Assembly: GCA_045640205.1 (NCBI GenBank)
Contig: JAZUEO010000109.1
Coordinates: 1-13,952 of the forward strand
Direction: 5' to 3'
DNA from: Candidatus Coprenecus sp.
GTDB lineage: Bacteria; Bacteroidota; Bacteroidia; Bacteroidales; UBA932
Length of the DNA: 13,952 nt
The position numbers and the translations under genes were made by a program. Every line of letters begins with the position of its first letter. Positions within the stretch are counted from its first letter, which is position 1. Shown in pieces: positions 1 through 8,460 of the stretch. Below the pieces are notes generated by a model, which was not told where the DNA came from, did not search any database, and was given only the letters and a program-made list of their open reading frames with translations.

Positions 1-1
1 G

Positions 2-1606
2 AAGTACAATTACAGAGGTGAGGAATACAGCCTCAACCTGATCGACACCCCAGGTCACGTAGATTTCAGCTATGAAGTGTCGCGAAGCATCGCATCCTGC
101 GAAGGAGCTCTGCTGGTGGTTGACGCCACCCAGGGCATACAGGCCCAGACCATCTCTAACCTTTATCTGGCCATCGAGCACGGACTTGAAATCATCCCCG
201 TGCTGAATAAAATCGATATGGACGCCGCTATGGTCGATGTCGTAAGCGATCAGGTAATCGACCTGCTCGGATGCAGCAGCGATGAAATCCTCAAATGCAG
301 CGCCAAGACAGGCGAGGGGGTTCCCGAAATTCTGGAAGCCATCGTGGACAGGCTGCCGGCTCCGAAAGGCGATGCCGATGCCCCCTTCCAGGCACTGATT
401 TTCGATTCCGTATTCAATCCCTTCAGAGGCGTTATCGCATATTTCAAGGTTTTCAACGGTTCGATAAGTGCAGGAGACAAAGTCAAGTTCGTCAACACAG
501 GCAAGGAATATGTCGCGGATGAAGTGGGATTTATGAGAATGAAACTGTGTCCCACTGCGAAAGTCACTACCGGTAACGTGGGCTATATCATATCCGGCAT
601 CAAGACTGCCGTCGAGGTGAAAGTAGGAGATACCATCACCCACGTCGAAAGGCCTTGCACCTCATCCATCGCCGGATTCGAAGAAGTCAAGCCTATGCTT
701 TTCGCCGGTGTCTATCCGGTGGAAACCGACGAATATGAAGACTTGAGGGCCTCCCTCGAAAAACTCCAGCTCAATGATGCCTCACTGGTGTTCGAACCGG
801 AGTCATCCCTGGCGCTCGGATTCGGTTTCAGATGCGGATTCCTGGGACTCCTGCATCTTGAAATAATGCAGGAGAGACTCTTCAGGGAATTCGATATGGA
901 TGTCATCACCACGGTGCCGAACGTATCTTACAAGGTATATACCACCCAGGGAGAAATACTGGACGTTCATAATCCTTCCGGTCTGCCGTCCCCCACACTC
1001 ATAGACCACATAGAGGAGCCCTACATAAGGGCGCAGATTATTTCCAAGTCGGATTTCTTCGGTCCCATAATGAAACTGTGCCTCGATAAAAGGGGCGTTC
1101 TGAAAAACCAGCATTTCATAACTTCCGACCGCGTGGAACTTACATACGATATGCCTCTGGCGGAGGTGGTGTTCGATTTTTATGACAAACTCAAATCCAT
1201 CTCCAAGGGATATGCGTCTTTCGACTATAGAATCATAGGTTTTGACAGAGCCGACCTCGTCAAACTGGACCTCCTTCTAAACGGGGAACAGGTGGATGCC
1301 CTTTCATCCCTGATACACCGGGAACACGCATACGACTTCGGACGCAGGATGTGCGAGAAACTCAAGGAACTCATCCCCAGACAGCAGTTCGAAATCGCCA
1401 TACAAGCCGCCATCGGAGCCAAAATCATAGCCCGTGAGACCGTCAAGGCCGTCAGAAAGGACGTTACCGCCAAATGTTACGGTGGAGATATCACGAGAAA
1501 GAGAAAACTGCTTGAAAAACAGAAAAAAGGAAAGAAGAGGATGAGACAGGTGGGTAATGTGGAAGTCCCGCAGTCCGCATTTATGGCAGTCCTCAAGCTT
1601 GACTGA
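2..1606 (+). CDS. lepA: Elongation factor 4 (LepA), 5'-partial; reading frame enters from the window edge
   Basis: Frame 2 reads ...[17 protein letters not shown]...LNKIDM... and ends with the LepA-specific C-terminus ...[13 protein letters not shown]. The G3 (DTPGH) and G4 (NKID) motifs are visible. There is no stop upstream within the window, so the CDS starts before position 1. Confidence 0.95.
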   Translation, partial: KYNYRGEEYSLNLIDTPGHVDFSYEVSRSIASCEGALLVVDATQGIQAQTISNLYLAIEHGLEIIPVLNKIDMDAAMVDVVSDQVIDLLGCSSDEILKCSAKTGEGVPEILEAIVDRLPAPKGDADAPFQALIFDSVFNPFRGVIAYFKVFNGSISAGDKVKFVNTGKEYVADEVGFMRMKLCPTAKVTTGNVGYIISGIKTAVEVKVGDTITHVERPCTSSIAGFEEVKPMLFAGVYPVETDEYEDLRASLEKLQLNDASLVFEPESSLALGFGFRCGFLGLLHLEIMQERLFREFDMDVITTVPNVSYKVYTTQGEILDVHNPSGLPSPTLIDHIEEPYIRAQIISKSDFFGPIMKLCLDKRGVLKNQHFITSDRVELTYDMPLAEVVFDFYDKLKSISKGYASFDYRIIGFDRADLVKLDLLLNGEQVDALSSLIHREHAYDFGRRMCEKLKELIPRQQFEIAIQAAIGAKIIARETVKAVRKDVTAKCYGGDITRKRKLLEKQKKGKKRMRQVGNVEVPQSAFMAVLKLD

Positions 1607-1619
1607 CACACGCCCTGAT

Positions 1620-2174
1620 ATGGACGAAAAACGGATATTGGAACTGATTGAGCACGAGGAAGGTCTGCAACAGGCCTTCAATCTGATTATCCGTACATAC
1701 TCCGAAAGGCTTTACCTGACCATCCGGAGAATGGTCAACTGCCACGAAGATGCAGATGATATCCTTCAGGATACTTTCATCAAAGTCTGGAACGCCATTC
1801 CGACATTCCGGGGAGATTCCGGAATTTACACCTGGATTTTCAGGATAGCGCTGAACACTACCCTTACCTTCCTTAGGAAAGAGAAGGCCAGAGCTTTTCT
1901 TTCCCTCACGAATTATGAAGCATACGTCGATTCAAGGATGGTAGGGGATGACTCTTTCGATGGAAACGAACTCCAGCGACTTCTTCATAAGGCCATCTCT
2001 CTCCTGCCCCCGAAACAGAGACTGGTATTCACCCTCAGGTATTTCGAAGAAATGCCTTACGAACGAATCGCTGAGGCACTGGGAGGAACGACAGGTTCAT
2101 TGAAAGCCTCATATCATCACGCATACGTAAAAATAACACAGTGGCTGAAACAGAATAATTGCCATCCTGAATAA
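1620..2174 (+). CDS. ECF-type (sigma-70 family) RNA polymerase sigma factor
   Basis: About 185 aa from the ATG at 1620 (MDEKRILELIEHEEG...). A region-2-like segment (DDILQDTFIKVWNAI..FRGDSGIYTWIFRIALN) and a region-4 HTH-like C-terminus (RLVFTLRYFEEMPYERIAEALG) are present. The in-frame ATG at 1557 overlaps lepA and is less likely. Confidence 0.85.
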   Translation: MDEKRILELIEHEEGLQQAFNLIIRTYSERLYLTIRRMVNCHEDADDILQDTFIKVWNAIPTFRGDSGIYTWIFRIALNTTLTFLRKEKARAFLSLTNYEAYVDSRMVGDDSFDGNELQRLLHKAISLLPPKQRLVFTLRYFEEMPYERIAEALGGTTGSLKASYHHAYVKITQWLKQNNCHPE

Positions 2175-2200
2175 ACTTTTGGCGACGAAAACAGTCAAAT

Positions 2201-2647
2201 ATGAAAACGATGGAAAAAGAGCTTGACATATTGAATGACAATGCCATCAGGACAAATCCGTTCCGGATGCCTGAGGGATATGTCCCGCGACTGGAGGCAA
2301 ACGTTCAGCGGCGAATCGCTTCGAAAAATTCGCCTGCGGCTCTGTTCTGGTCCAAAGTCAAGGCTCCCGTAATGTTGGCCGTTACTTTCGCTTTGATTTT
2401 CGGTATGGGTTACGGGGTTATGTCCCTTACCGGTACCTCGGATTTCAGTTCTTCTGTCCAGTCAAATGAGGTGGCTGACATTCTGGACGACTATACCCTC
2501 CATTCTTCATTCATTGAAGATTATTATGAAGAAATGGCCGGTAATGATTTTCTGGAGGTTTCAGTGAACGACCTTGAAATAACGGATGAGATGGAATCGG
2601 AAATCATCAGTTATATAACAATGAACGATATAATAACGACATATTGA
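2201..2647 (+). CDS. Putative single-pass membrane anti-sigma factor-like protein (hypothetical)
   Basis: 148 aa immediately downstream of the ECF sigma gene. It has a ~55-aa N-terminal soluble part, one predicted TM helix (APVMLAVTFALIFGMGYGVMSL), and an acidic D/E-rich C-terminal tail. The function is inferred from position and topology only. Confidence 0.5.
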   Translation: MKTMEKELDILNDNAIRTNPFRMPEGYVPRLEANVQRRIASKNSPAALFWSKVKAPVMLAVTFALIFGMGYGVMSLTGTSDFSSSVQSNEVADILDDYTLHSSFIEDYYEEMAGNDFLEVSVNDLEITDEMESEIISYITMNDIITTY

Positions 2648-2648
2648 A

Positions 2649-3155
2649 ATGAAAAGAATTATTGCCATATCCACTGTCATTCTGTTCTGTCTCGGTTTAT
2701 ATGGTCAGAGCAGAAGAACCGAAGATCCCGCCCCCGGCAAAAGCGACAATGCCCGCCCGGGATTCGAGCAGATAGAGAGTATGAAAGTGGCCTTCTTCAC
2801 CAAGGAACTGGACCTCTCTCCCGAAGAAGCGTCAGCATTCTGGCCGGTCTATAATCAATTCTCAAAGGAACTGAAGGAAAAGATGCACGCCACACGAACT
2901 GCCCTCCGCACGATGGAGAATGCTGCCAAAAATGGCGGACAGAGCGATGTGGAGTACAAGAAGATGGTCGATACTTATCTGGATGCCAAAATAAAGGAGA
3001 ATGAGCTCATCAAATTGTATTCATCCGAATTCTACAAGGTTCTTTCCCCCGAAAAGGTTAACCGGATGTTTCTGGCCGAAGAAAATTTCCGCTTTAAAAT
3101 GATAGAAATGTGGCGCTCGCACAAGTATCAGGAACATCATCCGAAGTCAAAATGA
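2649..3155 (+). CDS. Secreted LTXXQ/Spy-CpxP-like periplasmic protein (hypothetical)
   Basis: An N-terminal signal peptide ([20 protein letters not shown]) is followed by a K/E-rich helical sequence with two LSPE[EK] motifs that resemble LTXXQ repeats. The start lies 1 bp after the upstream stop, and the stop overlaps the lolD start by ATGA. Confidence 0.5.
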   Translation: MKRIIAISTVILFCLGLYGQSRRTEDPAPGKSDNARPGFEQIESMKVAFFTKELDLSPEEASAFWPVYNQFSKELKEKMHATRTALRTMENAAKNGGQSDVEYKKMVDTYLDAKIKENELIKLYSSEFYKVLSPEKVNRMFLAEENFRFKMIEMWRSHKYQEHHPKSK

Positions 3156-3802
3156 TTCAGGCCAGCGGTATAGAGAAATCCTTCGATTCCCTCAAGGTAC
3201 TTAAAAACATCGATTTCGAAGCCGCTTCCTCCGAAGTGGTCTCCATCGTGGGAGCCAGTGGAGCCGGCAAATCGACACTCTTGAATATTCTCGGCTCGCT
3301 GACACGCCCTGACAGCGGAAAGGTCATCATAGACGGAACCGACATTTTCTCCCTCGATTCAGACTCTCTGTCCGACTTCCGTAACCGCCACATAGGATTC
3401 GTCTTCCAGTTTCATCATCTGCTTCCCGAATTCACGGCTTTGGAAAACGTGATGATACCGTCCCTGATAGCCCATCGTTCCGAAAAAGAGGCGAAACGGA
3501 AAGCCACCGAACTGCTCACACTGACAGGACTCGGAGAACGTCTCTCACACAAGCCGTCGGAACTCTCGGGAGGAGAGCAGCAGCGTGTGGCCATAGCCAG
3601 AGCTATCATCAACTCCCCTTCAGTCCTTTTCGCAGATGAGCCCTCGGGGAATCTGGACAGCAAGACCAAACGGGACATTCATCAACTGTTCTTCGACTTG
3701 CGCGACCGAACCGGAGTAACTGTCATCATCGTCACCCACGACCGCGACCTGGCCACGATGTCCGACAGAATGTTGGAGATGAAAGACGGACTCTTCGTAT
3801 GA
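3152..3802 (+). CDS. lolD: ABC transporter ATP-binding protein, LolD-like (lipoprotein-releasing system ATPase)
   Basis: Walker [13 protein letters not shown] signature [14 protein letters not shown] and Walker [12 protein letters not shown] are present. The protein is about 216 aa with no transmembrane domain. The ATG at 3152 overlaps the upstream stop by 4 bp (ATGA). Confidence 0.8.
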   Translation: MIQASGIEKSFDSLKVLKNIDFEAASSEVVSIVGASGAGKSTLLNILGSLTRPDSGKVIIDGTDIFSLDSDSLSDFRNRHIGFVFQFHHLLPEFTALENVMIPSLIAHRSEKEAKRKATELLTLTGLGERLSHKPSELSGGEQQRVAIARAIINSPSVLFADEPSGNLDSKTKRDIHQLFFDLRDRTGVTVIIVTHDRDLATMSDRMLEMKDGLFV

Positions 3803-4578
3803 CGGAAGAACAGTTCGAAGAAGGTTATTTCACCTTCAAGCAGTTTCGTGTCAAACAGAAGGAGAGTGCGATGAAAGTCGGCACTGATGCCGTACTGCTC
3901 GGTTCATGGATGAGCCTTCCCACGAACACAGCACCAAGACTGCTGGATATAGGAACGGGGACAGGTGTTATTTCACTGCTTATAGCACAGAGGCTTTCCC
4001 TCATTCAGGAAAATTTCGACATTCTGGCGCTGGAACCGGATTTGCCTTCTTGCAGGGAAGCGTCCGAAAATTTTACGGCATCTTCCTGGAAAGACAGGAT
4101 TCGTGCAGTAAATGACACTTTTCAGCACTGGGCCGACGACATCGGTGCGGATAGTTTCGACTGCATTTTTTCGAATCCTCCATATTTTGTCAATTCACTG
4201 CCTGCACCGGACCATAGAAGGAGCAGCGCCCGCCACACGGATATGCTCTCATTCGATGAAATAACACGCCATAGCATACGACTTCTGAAGCCGGGCGGGA
4301 GCTTGGCAGTAATTTTACCACCGGAGGAAAGCCGGATGTTTTCAAAATCAGCCCGCGGATGCTTTTGTGATGACAAGACCCTTGTTCCTTCGCGAATCTG
4401 CCACGTCCACCCCTCTCCGGGCAAGCCTGTCAAACGCTGCATTATGGAATTCAGCTGCAAAAAAAATCATCCTGTAAAATCTCCCTCCCCAGAAGCGGAA
4501 GTCCTGATATTACAAGATGGTTTTTCTTTACGCTCAGCGCAATATTCTGACTTAACAAAAATGTTTTATATCAGATAA
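3799..4578 (+). CDS. trmN6: tRNA1(Val) (adenine37-N6)-methyltransferase (TrmN6/YfiC family)
   Basis: A SAM-binding motif [14 protein letters not shown] and the N6-adenine methyltransferase NPPY motif (FSNPPYF) are present. The start overlaps the lolD stop by ATGA. Confidence 0.75.
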   Translation: MTEEQFEEGYFTFKQFRVKQKESAMKVGTDAVLLGSWMSLPTNTAPRLLDIGTGTGVISLLIAQRLSLIQENFDILALEPDLPSCREASENFTASSWKDRIRAVNDTFQHWADDIGADSFDCIFSNPPYFVNSLPAPDHRRSSARHTDMLSFDEITRHSIRLLKPGGSLAVILPPEESRMFSKSARGCFCDDKTLVPSRICHVHPSPGKPVKRCIMEFSCKKNHPVKSPSPEAEVLILQDGFSLRSAQYSDLTKMFYIR

Positions 4579-4593
4579 TATGCGCCTAACACA

Positions 4594-6747
4594 TTATTCA
4601 TCAGCCTCTTCCGCCAGGTAAGCCTTCAAGAGCTTATCCTGTACGTCGGCGGGAACCTGCGAATATTCGGCAAATTCCATCGTAAAGGTAGCGCGGCCTG
4701 AAGTCAGAGAACTGAGGGTCGTGGAATACTTGTAAAGTTCAGCAAGAGGAACGCGAGCCTTGAGAACTTCAAATCCCTTGACACTGCTCATTCCCTCGAT
4801 AAGGGCGCGGCGGCCGTTGAGGTCTGACATTACATCTCCCATATATTCACCGGGAACCATAATTTCGAGATTATAGACAGGCTCCATAATCTTGGGACCG
4901 GCAGCACGGAACGCTTCCTTGAAAGCATTGCGGGAAGCCAGTTTGAAGGAGATTTCATTGGAATCCACGGGATGCATCTTTCCATCATAGACGTAAACGT
5001 TCAAATCCCTGGCGTAAGAACCTGTAAGGGGACCTTCCTCCATCTTTTCCATAAGCCCCTTGAGGATGGCGGGCATAAAGCGTGCATCGATGGCACCACC
5101 TACTATACAATTGAAATACTGAAGTTTACCGCCCCAGGGGAGATTGTACTCTTCCTTACCTTTGATATTGAGAACAAGGTCACGTCCGTCCACCTTGAAC
5201 TTGGTCTGCTGCTCGGCACCTTCCACGTAAGGCTCCACGAGGAGGTGAACTTCACCGAACTGACCTGCACCGCCGGACTGCTTCTTATGACGATAGTTGG
5301 CGGCTGCCACTTTCGTGATGGTCTCCCTATAGGAGATTCTCGGAGCCATAAGTTCCACTTCTATCTTGTAAACGTTCGTCAGATACCATTTCAGGATATT
5401 GATATGCTGTTCGCCCTGCCCCTGAAGAATGGTCTGCTTGAGTTCCTTCGCATATTCCACGAGATAAGTGGGGTCCTCTGCGGCGGCACGGTTAAGAGCC
5501 TCGCCCAATTTTTCCTCATCTTTCTCGTCAGCTGCCTTGATGGCGGTACGGAACTTGGCCTGAGGGAACTCAATGGGAGGGAATACTATATCCGCACCGG
5601 GAGCACAAAGTGTCTGATTAACCTTCACGGCTTTCAGTTTGACGGTACATCCGAGGTCTCCGGCCACGAGTTCGGTCACCTTTTCACGTTTCTTTCCGGC
5701 CACGGCATAAAGGGCTGTTATCCTCTCACGGTTACCGTTTTCGGGATTGACAAGGTCCATGCTCTCGGTAATCTTACCGGACATAACCTTGAAGTATGAT
5801 ACGTCTCCCAAGTGCTGTTCAAGTGCATTCTTATAAACGAAAACACAAGGTGTGCCGTTCACGTCGCAAGGAAGGTCCTTACCGTCTTTGGTCTTTTCAC
5901 TGTCGGCGGCAGGCGAGGGAGCCACATTGATGATGAACTCCATCAGACGTTTCACACCGATATTCTTCTTGGCGGAAAGACAGAAGGTAGGCATAACGTT
6001 TCCTGCCAGGAAACCTTTATTAAGACCGGCGATAAGATCTTCGTGTGAGAGTTCCCCCGCATCGAAGAATTTTTCCATCAATTCCTCATCGCTTTCGGCT
6101 GCCACTTCCATAAGAGCGGCCTGAAGTTCTTCGGCTTCGCTTTTCAGATTGGCAGGAATCTCTGCCTCTTCACGTGTGCCGTTATCATCCTTGAATGTGT
6201 ACATCTTCATCGTCAGGACATCGATGAATGCATTGAATGTGATACCGGTAGAAACAGGATACTGCAGAATGGCCACCTTCGAGCCAAATGCCTGCTTGAG
6301 AGAATCGATGGTGGTTTCCCAGTTAGCCTTTTCCGCATCAAGCTGATTGACTGCCAATACCAGAGGTTTTTTATGACTCTCGGCATATCTGGCGAAAATC
6401 TCTGTTCCGACCTCGACACCCTGCTGTGCGTTGACCAACATAACACCTGAATCGGAAACTTTGAAAGCTGTAATCACACCGCCGATAAAATCATCTGCAC
6501 CGGGGGTATCCATTATGTTCAGCTTACAGTCCATATACTCCGCATACAGAGGAGTGGCATAGATGGAACGCTGATTCAACTGTTCGACTTCAGTATTGTC
6601 ACTGACGGTGTTCTTAGCTTCAATGGTACCGCGGCGGTCGATGACCTTACCTTCGTACAGCATAGCTTCGGCGAGGGTGGTTTTCCCTGATTTGGAACTT
6701 CCCAGAAGCACGATGTTCCTGAGATTTCCGGTCTGATATGTTTTCAT
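4594..6747 (-). CDS. Elongation factor G-family GTPase paralog (EF-G-like, atypical G motifs)
   Basis: 717 aa that align along their full length to EF-G domains I-V. Three motifs differ from canonical EF-G: the P-loop is GSSKSGKT rather than AHIDAGKT, switch II is DTPGADDF with the catalytic His replaced by Ala, and G4 is NQLD rather than NKxD. Confidence 0.9.
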   Translation of the reverse strand: MKTYQTGNLRNIVLLGSSKSGKTTLAEAMLYEGKVIDRRGTIEAKNTVSDNTEVEQLNQRSIYATPLYAEYMDCKLNIMDTPGADDFIGGVITAFKVSDSGVMLVNAQQGVEVGTEIFARYAESHKKPLVLAVNQLDAEKANWETTIDSLKQAFGSKVAILQYPVSTGITFNAFIDVLTMKMYTFKDDNGTREEAEIPANLKSEAEELQAALMEVAAESDEELMEKFFDAGELSHEDLIAGLNKGFLAGNVMPTFCLSAKKNIGVKRLMEFIINVAPSPAADSEKTKDGKDLPCDVNGTPCVFVYKNALEQHLGDVSYFKVMSGKITESMDLVNPENGNRERITALYAVAGKKREKVTELVAGDLGCTVKLKAVKVNQTLCAPGADIVFPPIEFPQAKFRTAIKAADEKDEEKLGEALNRAAAEDPTYLVEYAKELKQTILQGQGEQHINILKWYLTNVYKIEVELMAPRISYRETITKVAAANYRHKKQSGGAGQFGEVHLLVEPYVEGAEQQTKFKVDGRDLVLNIKGKEEYNLPWGGKLQYFNCIVGGAIDARFMPAILKGLMEKMEEGPLTGSYARDLNVYVYDGKMHPVDSNEISFKLASRNAFKEAFRAAGPKIMEPVYNLEIMVPGEYMGDVMSDLNGRRALIEGMSSVKGFEVLKARVPLAELYKYSTTLSSLTSGRATFTMEFAEYSQVPADVQDKLLKAYLAEEADE

Positions 6748-6790
6748 TCTATGGTAATATGTTTTTAGTTAGTTATTTCCAGAGTGACTA

Positions 6791-6798
6791 CAAAAGTA
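6791..6798 (-). promoter_or_regulatory. Bacteroidetes-type -7 promoter element (TACTTTTG) upstream of the EF-G-like gene
   Basis: The reverse complement of 6791-6798 is TACTTTTG, which matches TAnnTTTG. It lies about 44 bp upstream of the start at 6747. Confidence 0.4.
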
Positions 6799-6809
6799 AA
6801 TATTTATTT

Positions 6810-7106
6810 TCAATAAATCAACTCCGACCATTTCCTTTCCATCTCCTTCAGGGACCTGAATCCGGAAAATTTCCATATCAATGAATATGGAACTCCCTTC
6901 AGGAGCAATTCCCGCGCATGGCTCAGCCGCCAGATGCCTACCATCTCATCCAGCGAATAACCGAATTCCTTTTCGAAATCCTTTTCCAGTTCGTTCACAT
7001 CCTCCCCTGTCAGCAGGGCCAGATCATCATAGCTCACTTTCCGTGTTAAATAAAGCGCCTCTTTTTCGAACATATCCGAAATGACTGCAATAGTTTTCTT
7101 TTTCAT
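6810..7106 (-). CDS. AraC-family HTH domain-only protein (about 99 aa)
   Basis: MKKKTIAVISDMF...VSYDDLALLTGEDVNELEKDFEKEFGYSLDEMVGIWRLSHARELLLKGVPYSLIWKFSGFRSLKEMERKW matches the tandem HTH architecture of AraC/XylS C-terminal domains. No N-terminal sensor domain is present. The ATG at 7106 is preferred over 7157. Confidence 0.6.
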   Translation of the reverse strand: MKKKTIAVISDMFEKEALYLTRKVSYDDLALLTGEDVNELEKDFEKEFGYSLDEMVGIWRLSHARELLLKGVPYSLIWKFSGFRSLKEMERKWSELIY

Positions 7107-7136
7107 CTTTCTTTTCCTTTGCGTGAATTTGATAGA

Positions 7137-7144
7137 CAAAAATA
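7137..7144 (-). promoter_or_regulatory. Candidate -7 promoter element (TATTTTTG on the minus strand) for the AraC-like gene
   Basis: The reverse complement of 7137-7144 is TATTTTTG. It lies about 30 bp upstream of the start at 7106 and overlaps the left arm of an 11-bp inverted repeat. Confidence 0.35.
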
Positions 7145-7182
7145 GAGCGATTGACATTATTTCAGAAGCACTGACAACCGAT

Positions 7183-7221
7183 ATTTCCGTTTTTATAGTT
7201 CCAATTTCCGTTTTTATAGTT
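7183..7221. repeat. Tandem direct repeat: 2 x 18 bp (ATTTCCGTTTTTATAGTT) with 21-bp periodicity in the divergent intergenic region
   Basis: Exact copies at 7183-7200 and 7204-7221. They are flanked by an inverted repeat ATAGACAAAAA (7132-7142) / TTTTTGTCTAT (7220-7230). Confidence 0.8.
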
Positions 7222-7287
7222 TTTGTCTATATCATTATAGTCAATAAGGGGTGGCGAGAAAAATCAGACACCGCTAACTTTGTCCTT

Positions 7288-7683
7288 ATGAATAACAAGG
7301 AGATAGGACAGCGCATCCGGAATATCCGCCTGGCACTTAAACTTTCCCAGGCCGAAGTGGCGGAAAAGGTTGGTATCAAGCAGGAGTCTTATCGGAAATA
7401 CGAGACTGGAGAAACAAATCTTATCGGACGACATCTGGAGTCTATCGCCACTGTTTTGGATACCGATATCATCGGGCTGCTTTCAACGTATGATTTTTCC
7501 CAACGCATCAGGGTACTCGAAGATGACATCAGAGCGGAATATGGGCTGAAACTCAAGGAAGAGCGGGACAAAGTCACTAAACTCGAACGAATCATCAAGG
7601 ACAAGGAATTGATAATTTCACTGATGCAGGACAAAATTGATTCCCAGCAGAAAGAATTGCAGAAAAAATCCTTTCCTTTGTGA
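7288..7683 (+). CDS. XRE-family HTH transcriptional regulator with C-terminal coiled-coil
   Basis: The N-terminus IGQRIRNIRLALKLSQAEVAEKVGIKQESYRKYETGE is a Cro/C1-type HTH. The C-terminal ~60 aa are K/E-rich with a heptad-like pattern (KLERIIKDKELIISLMQDKIDSQQKELQ). The ATG at 7288 is preferred over the 7081 ORF-track start. Confidence 0.75.
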   Translation: MNNKEIGQRIRNIRLALKLSQAEVAEKVGIKQESYRKYETGETNLIGRHLESIATVLDTDIIGLLSTYDFSQRIRVLEDDIRAEYGLKLKEERDKVTKLERIIKDKELIISLMQDKIDSQQKELQKKSFPL

Positions 7684-7717
7684 AAAATCTGCTTGAAAAC
7701 TATTTTGAAGCTTCTTA

Positions 7718-8329
7718 ATGCCTGCACCCTTTTTCAAACCGAATACGATAGAAGCCGGATGTGATGAAGCCGGCCGCGGCTGCCTCGCGGGGCCCGTCTT
7801 CGCCGCCGCTGTCATTCTTCCCCCCGATTTTCATCACCCCTTCCTTAATGATTCCAAGCAACTGAGTGCCCGGAAGAGGGAAGAACTGCGCCCCATCATA
7901 GAAGAAAACTCACTCGCATGGGCTGTCACCGAGGTCAGTCCGAAGGAAATAGATGAAATCAATATTCTCTGGGCTTCCGTCGCGGGAATGCAACGCTCCA
8001 TTGACAGGCTGACGCTGCGTCCTGAGCTGATTCTGGTGGACGGGAACAGGTTCCGTCCATACCGGGACCCCGTTTCGAATTCCATTATTCCTCACAAATG
8101 CATAGTCCACGGCGATGCCCTGTATGCATCTATCTCCGCTGCCTCCATTCTGGCCAAGACATATAGAGATGAATATATGAAGAAGATGGCACTTGAATAC
8201 CCGGAATACGGATGGGACCGCAATATGGGATATCCCACCCGGGAGCACAGAGAGGCCATAGAACGTTTCGGTCCCACAGCCCTTCACCGCCGCACATTCC
8301 AGTTATTGCCGGACCCCACACTGTTCTGA
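7718..8329 (+). CDS. rnhB: Ribonuclease HII
   Basis: The N-terminal active site GCDEAGRGCLAGPV is present, and LVDGN and NDSKQLS are conserved. The 203-aa length is typical of RNase HII. Confidence 0.95.
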   Translation: MPAPFFKPNTIEAGCDEAGRGCLAGPVFAAAVILPPDFHHPFLNDSKQLSARKREELRPIIEENSLAWAVTEVSPKEIDEINILWASVAGMQRSIDRLTLRPELILVDGNRFRPYRDPVSNSIIPHKCIVHGDALYASISAASILAKTYRDEYMKKMALEYPEYGWDRNMGYPTREHREAIERFGPTALHRRTFQLLPDPTLF

Positions 8330-8431
8330 GGACTGAAAGAGACCGCGATGATGCCGTGAATTTTTCGTACAAACGCAAATGATTCGCGTATGTACCGATC
8401 AAAACCTCTGAGAGCATTGGACAAAAGATGC

Positions 8432-8439
8432 TAACTTTG
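8432..8439 (+). promoter_or_regulatory. Candidate -7 promoter element TAACTTTG upstream of mrp
   Basis: An exact TAnnTTTG match lies 22 bp upstream of the ATG at 8461. The same 10-mer GCTAACTTTG occurs upstream of the XRE gene at 7273-7282. Confidence 0.4.
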
Positions 8440-8460
8440 CGGAGCATTGAAAAAAACAAT

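Noticed and set aside
1557-1619. Upstream start of the sigma factor ORF at 1557, and similar extended starts for ychF at 13137 and the AraC-like gene at 7157
   Set aside because: The extensions overlap the preceding or neighbouring gene and add non-conserved residues. Internal ATGs give lengths and N-termini typical for each family.
4972-5799. 275-aa plus-strand ORF inside the EF-G-like gene
   Set aside because: It is antisense to a strongly supported 717-aa GTPase gene. The sequence is low-complexity with no motifs. This is a typical shadow ORF.
7081-7287. N-terminal extension of the XRE ORF with hydrophobic, repeated ISVFIV peptides
   Set aside because: The extension is read from the AT-rich divergent promoter region and overlaps the AraC-like gene start. 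Its hydrophobic repeat is just the translation of the 18-bp tandem DNA repeat. The ATG at 7288, preceded by a TAACTTTG element, is the credible start.
8428-8460. Alternative upstream start for mrp at 8428
   Set aside because: The candidate -7 promoter octamer TAACTTTG at 8432-8439 lies inside this extension. Mrp/ApbC N-termini typically begin near the MENRILELL-type sequence at 8461.
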